The position numbers and the translations under genes are program-made. A model generated the notes under the pieces. It was not told the origin of the DNA. It worked only from the letters and a program-made list of their open reading frames with translations, and ran no database searches. DNA of 64,000 bases from Vicugna vicugna (taxonomy: Eukaryota), in NCBI GenBank assembly GCA_013265495.1, contig MU058636.1, forward strand, positions 4,003,741 through 4,067,740, given 5' to 3'. This document shows positions 63,706-64,000 of the stretch, in pieces; within the stretch, counting starts at the first letter, position 1; each line of letters begins with the position of its first letter.

Positions 63706-63981
63706 ATTAGGACAGGGCCTTACCCAACAGGATTAGTGTCCTTATAAGAAGAGCGCTAGCTCTCTCTCTTTCCCAATGAACAGGCATCAAGGAAAGGCCG
63801 CGTGAGGACACAGCGAGAAGGCGGCCACTCACAAGCCGGGAAGAGAGGTCCGCTAGAAACTGAACTTACTGGCACCTGGATCTTGGACTTTCAGGCTCCA
63901 GAACTGTGAGCAAATAAATTTCTGTTGTTTAAGCCCCCAGTCCGTGCTATTTTGTTATGGCAGCCTGAGTAGACAATTACA
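63706..63981 (+). mobile_element. MaLR LTR 3' part (MLT1A/MST-like)
   Basis: gtgtccttataagaagag...gtgaggacacagcgagaaggcggcc...ccagaactgtgagcaaataaatttctgttgtttaagcc. Confidence 0.85.
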
Positions 63982-64000
63982 CTTAGCTTCCTAGGGAACA

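Overview
Mammalian genomic DNA. It is probably a camelid or other non-ruminant laurasiatherian; this is inferred from the style of the young L1 3' ends and from seeing no Alu, B1, BovB/Bov-tA or Can-SINE, and it is not proven. Positions 1 to ~39.7 kb hold the 3' half of B3GLCT (beta-1,3-glucosyltransferase, the Peters-plus syndrome gene) on the + strand. Eight coding exons (human exons 8-15) have canonical AG/GT ends and lengths 64, 120, 70, 114, 100, 120, 145 and 168 nt, keep one open frame and end in KEEL-stop. The introns and the 24 kb downstream are mostly transposon fossils (L1, L2, MIR, MaLR, ERV1/ERVK/ERVL LTRs, hAT). The most unusual object is a 1,234-bp class II ERV remnant (44951-46184) whose two ends are both the U3 start of the LTR, forming ~106-bp terminal inverted repeats bounded by a target-site duplication. 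It has a tRNA-Trp-like primer site and dUTPase-protease remnants. Other notable observations: a tailless 5'-half tRNA-Arg(ACG) retrocopy, an 11-bp tandem duplication of the exon 12 splice donor, a twin-primed (5'-inverted) L1, an ERVL gag fossil and a 50-bp local templated duplication. Repeat subfamily names are from recognition by eye and need RepeatMasker/Dfam confirmation.
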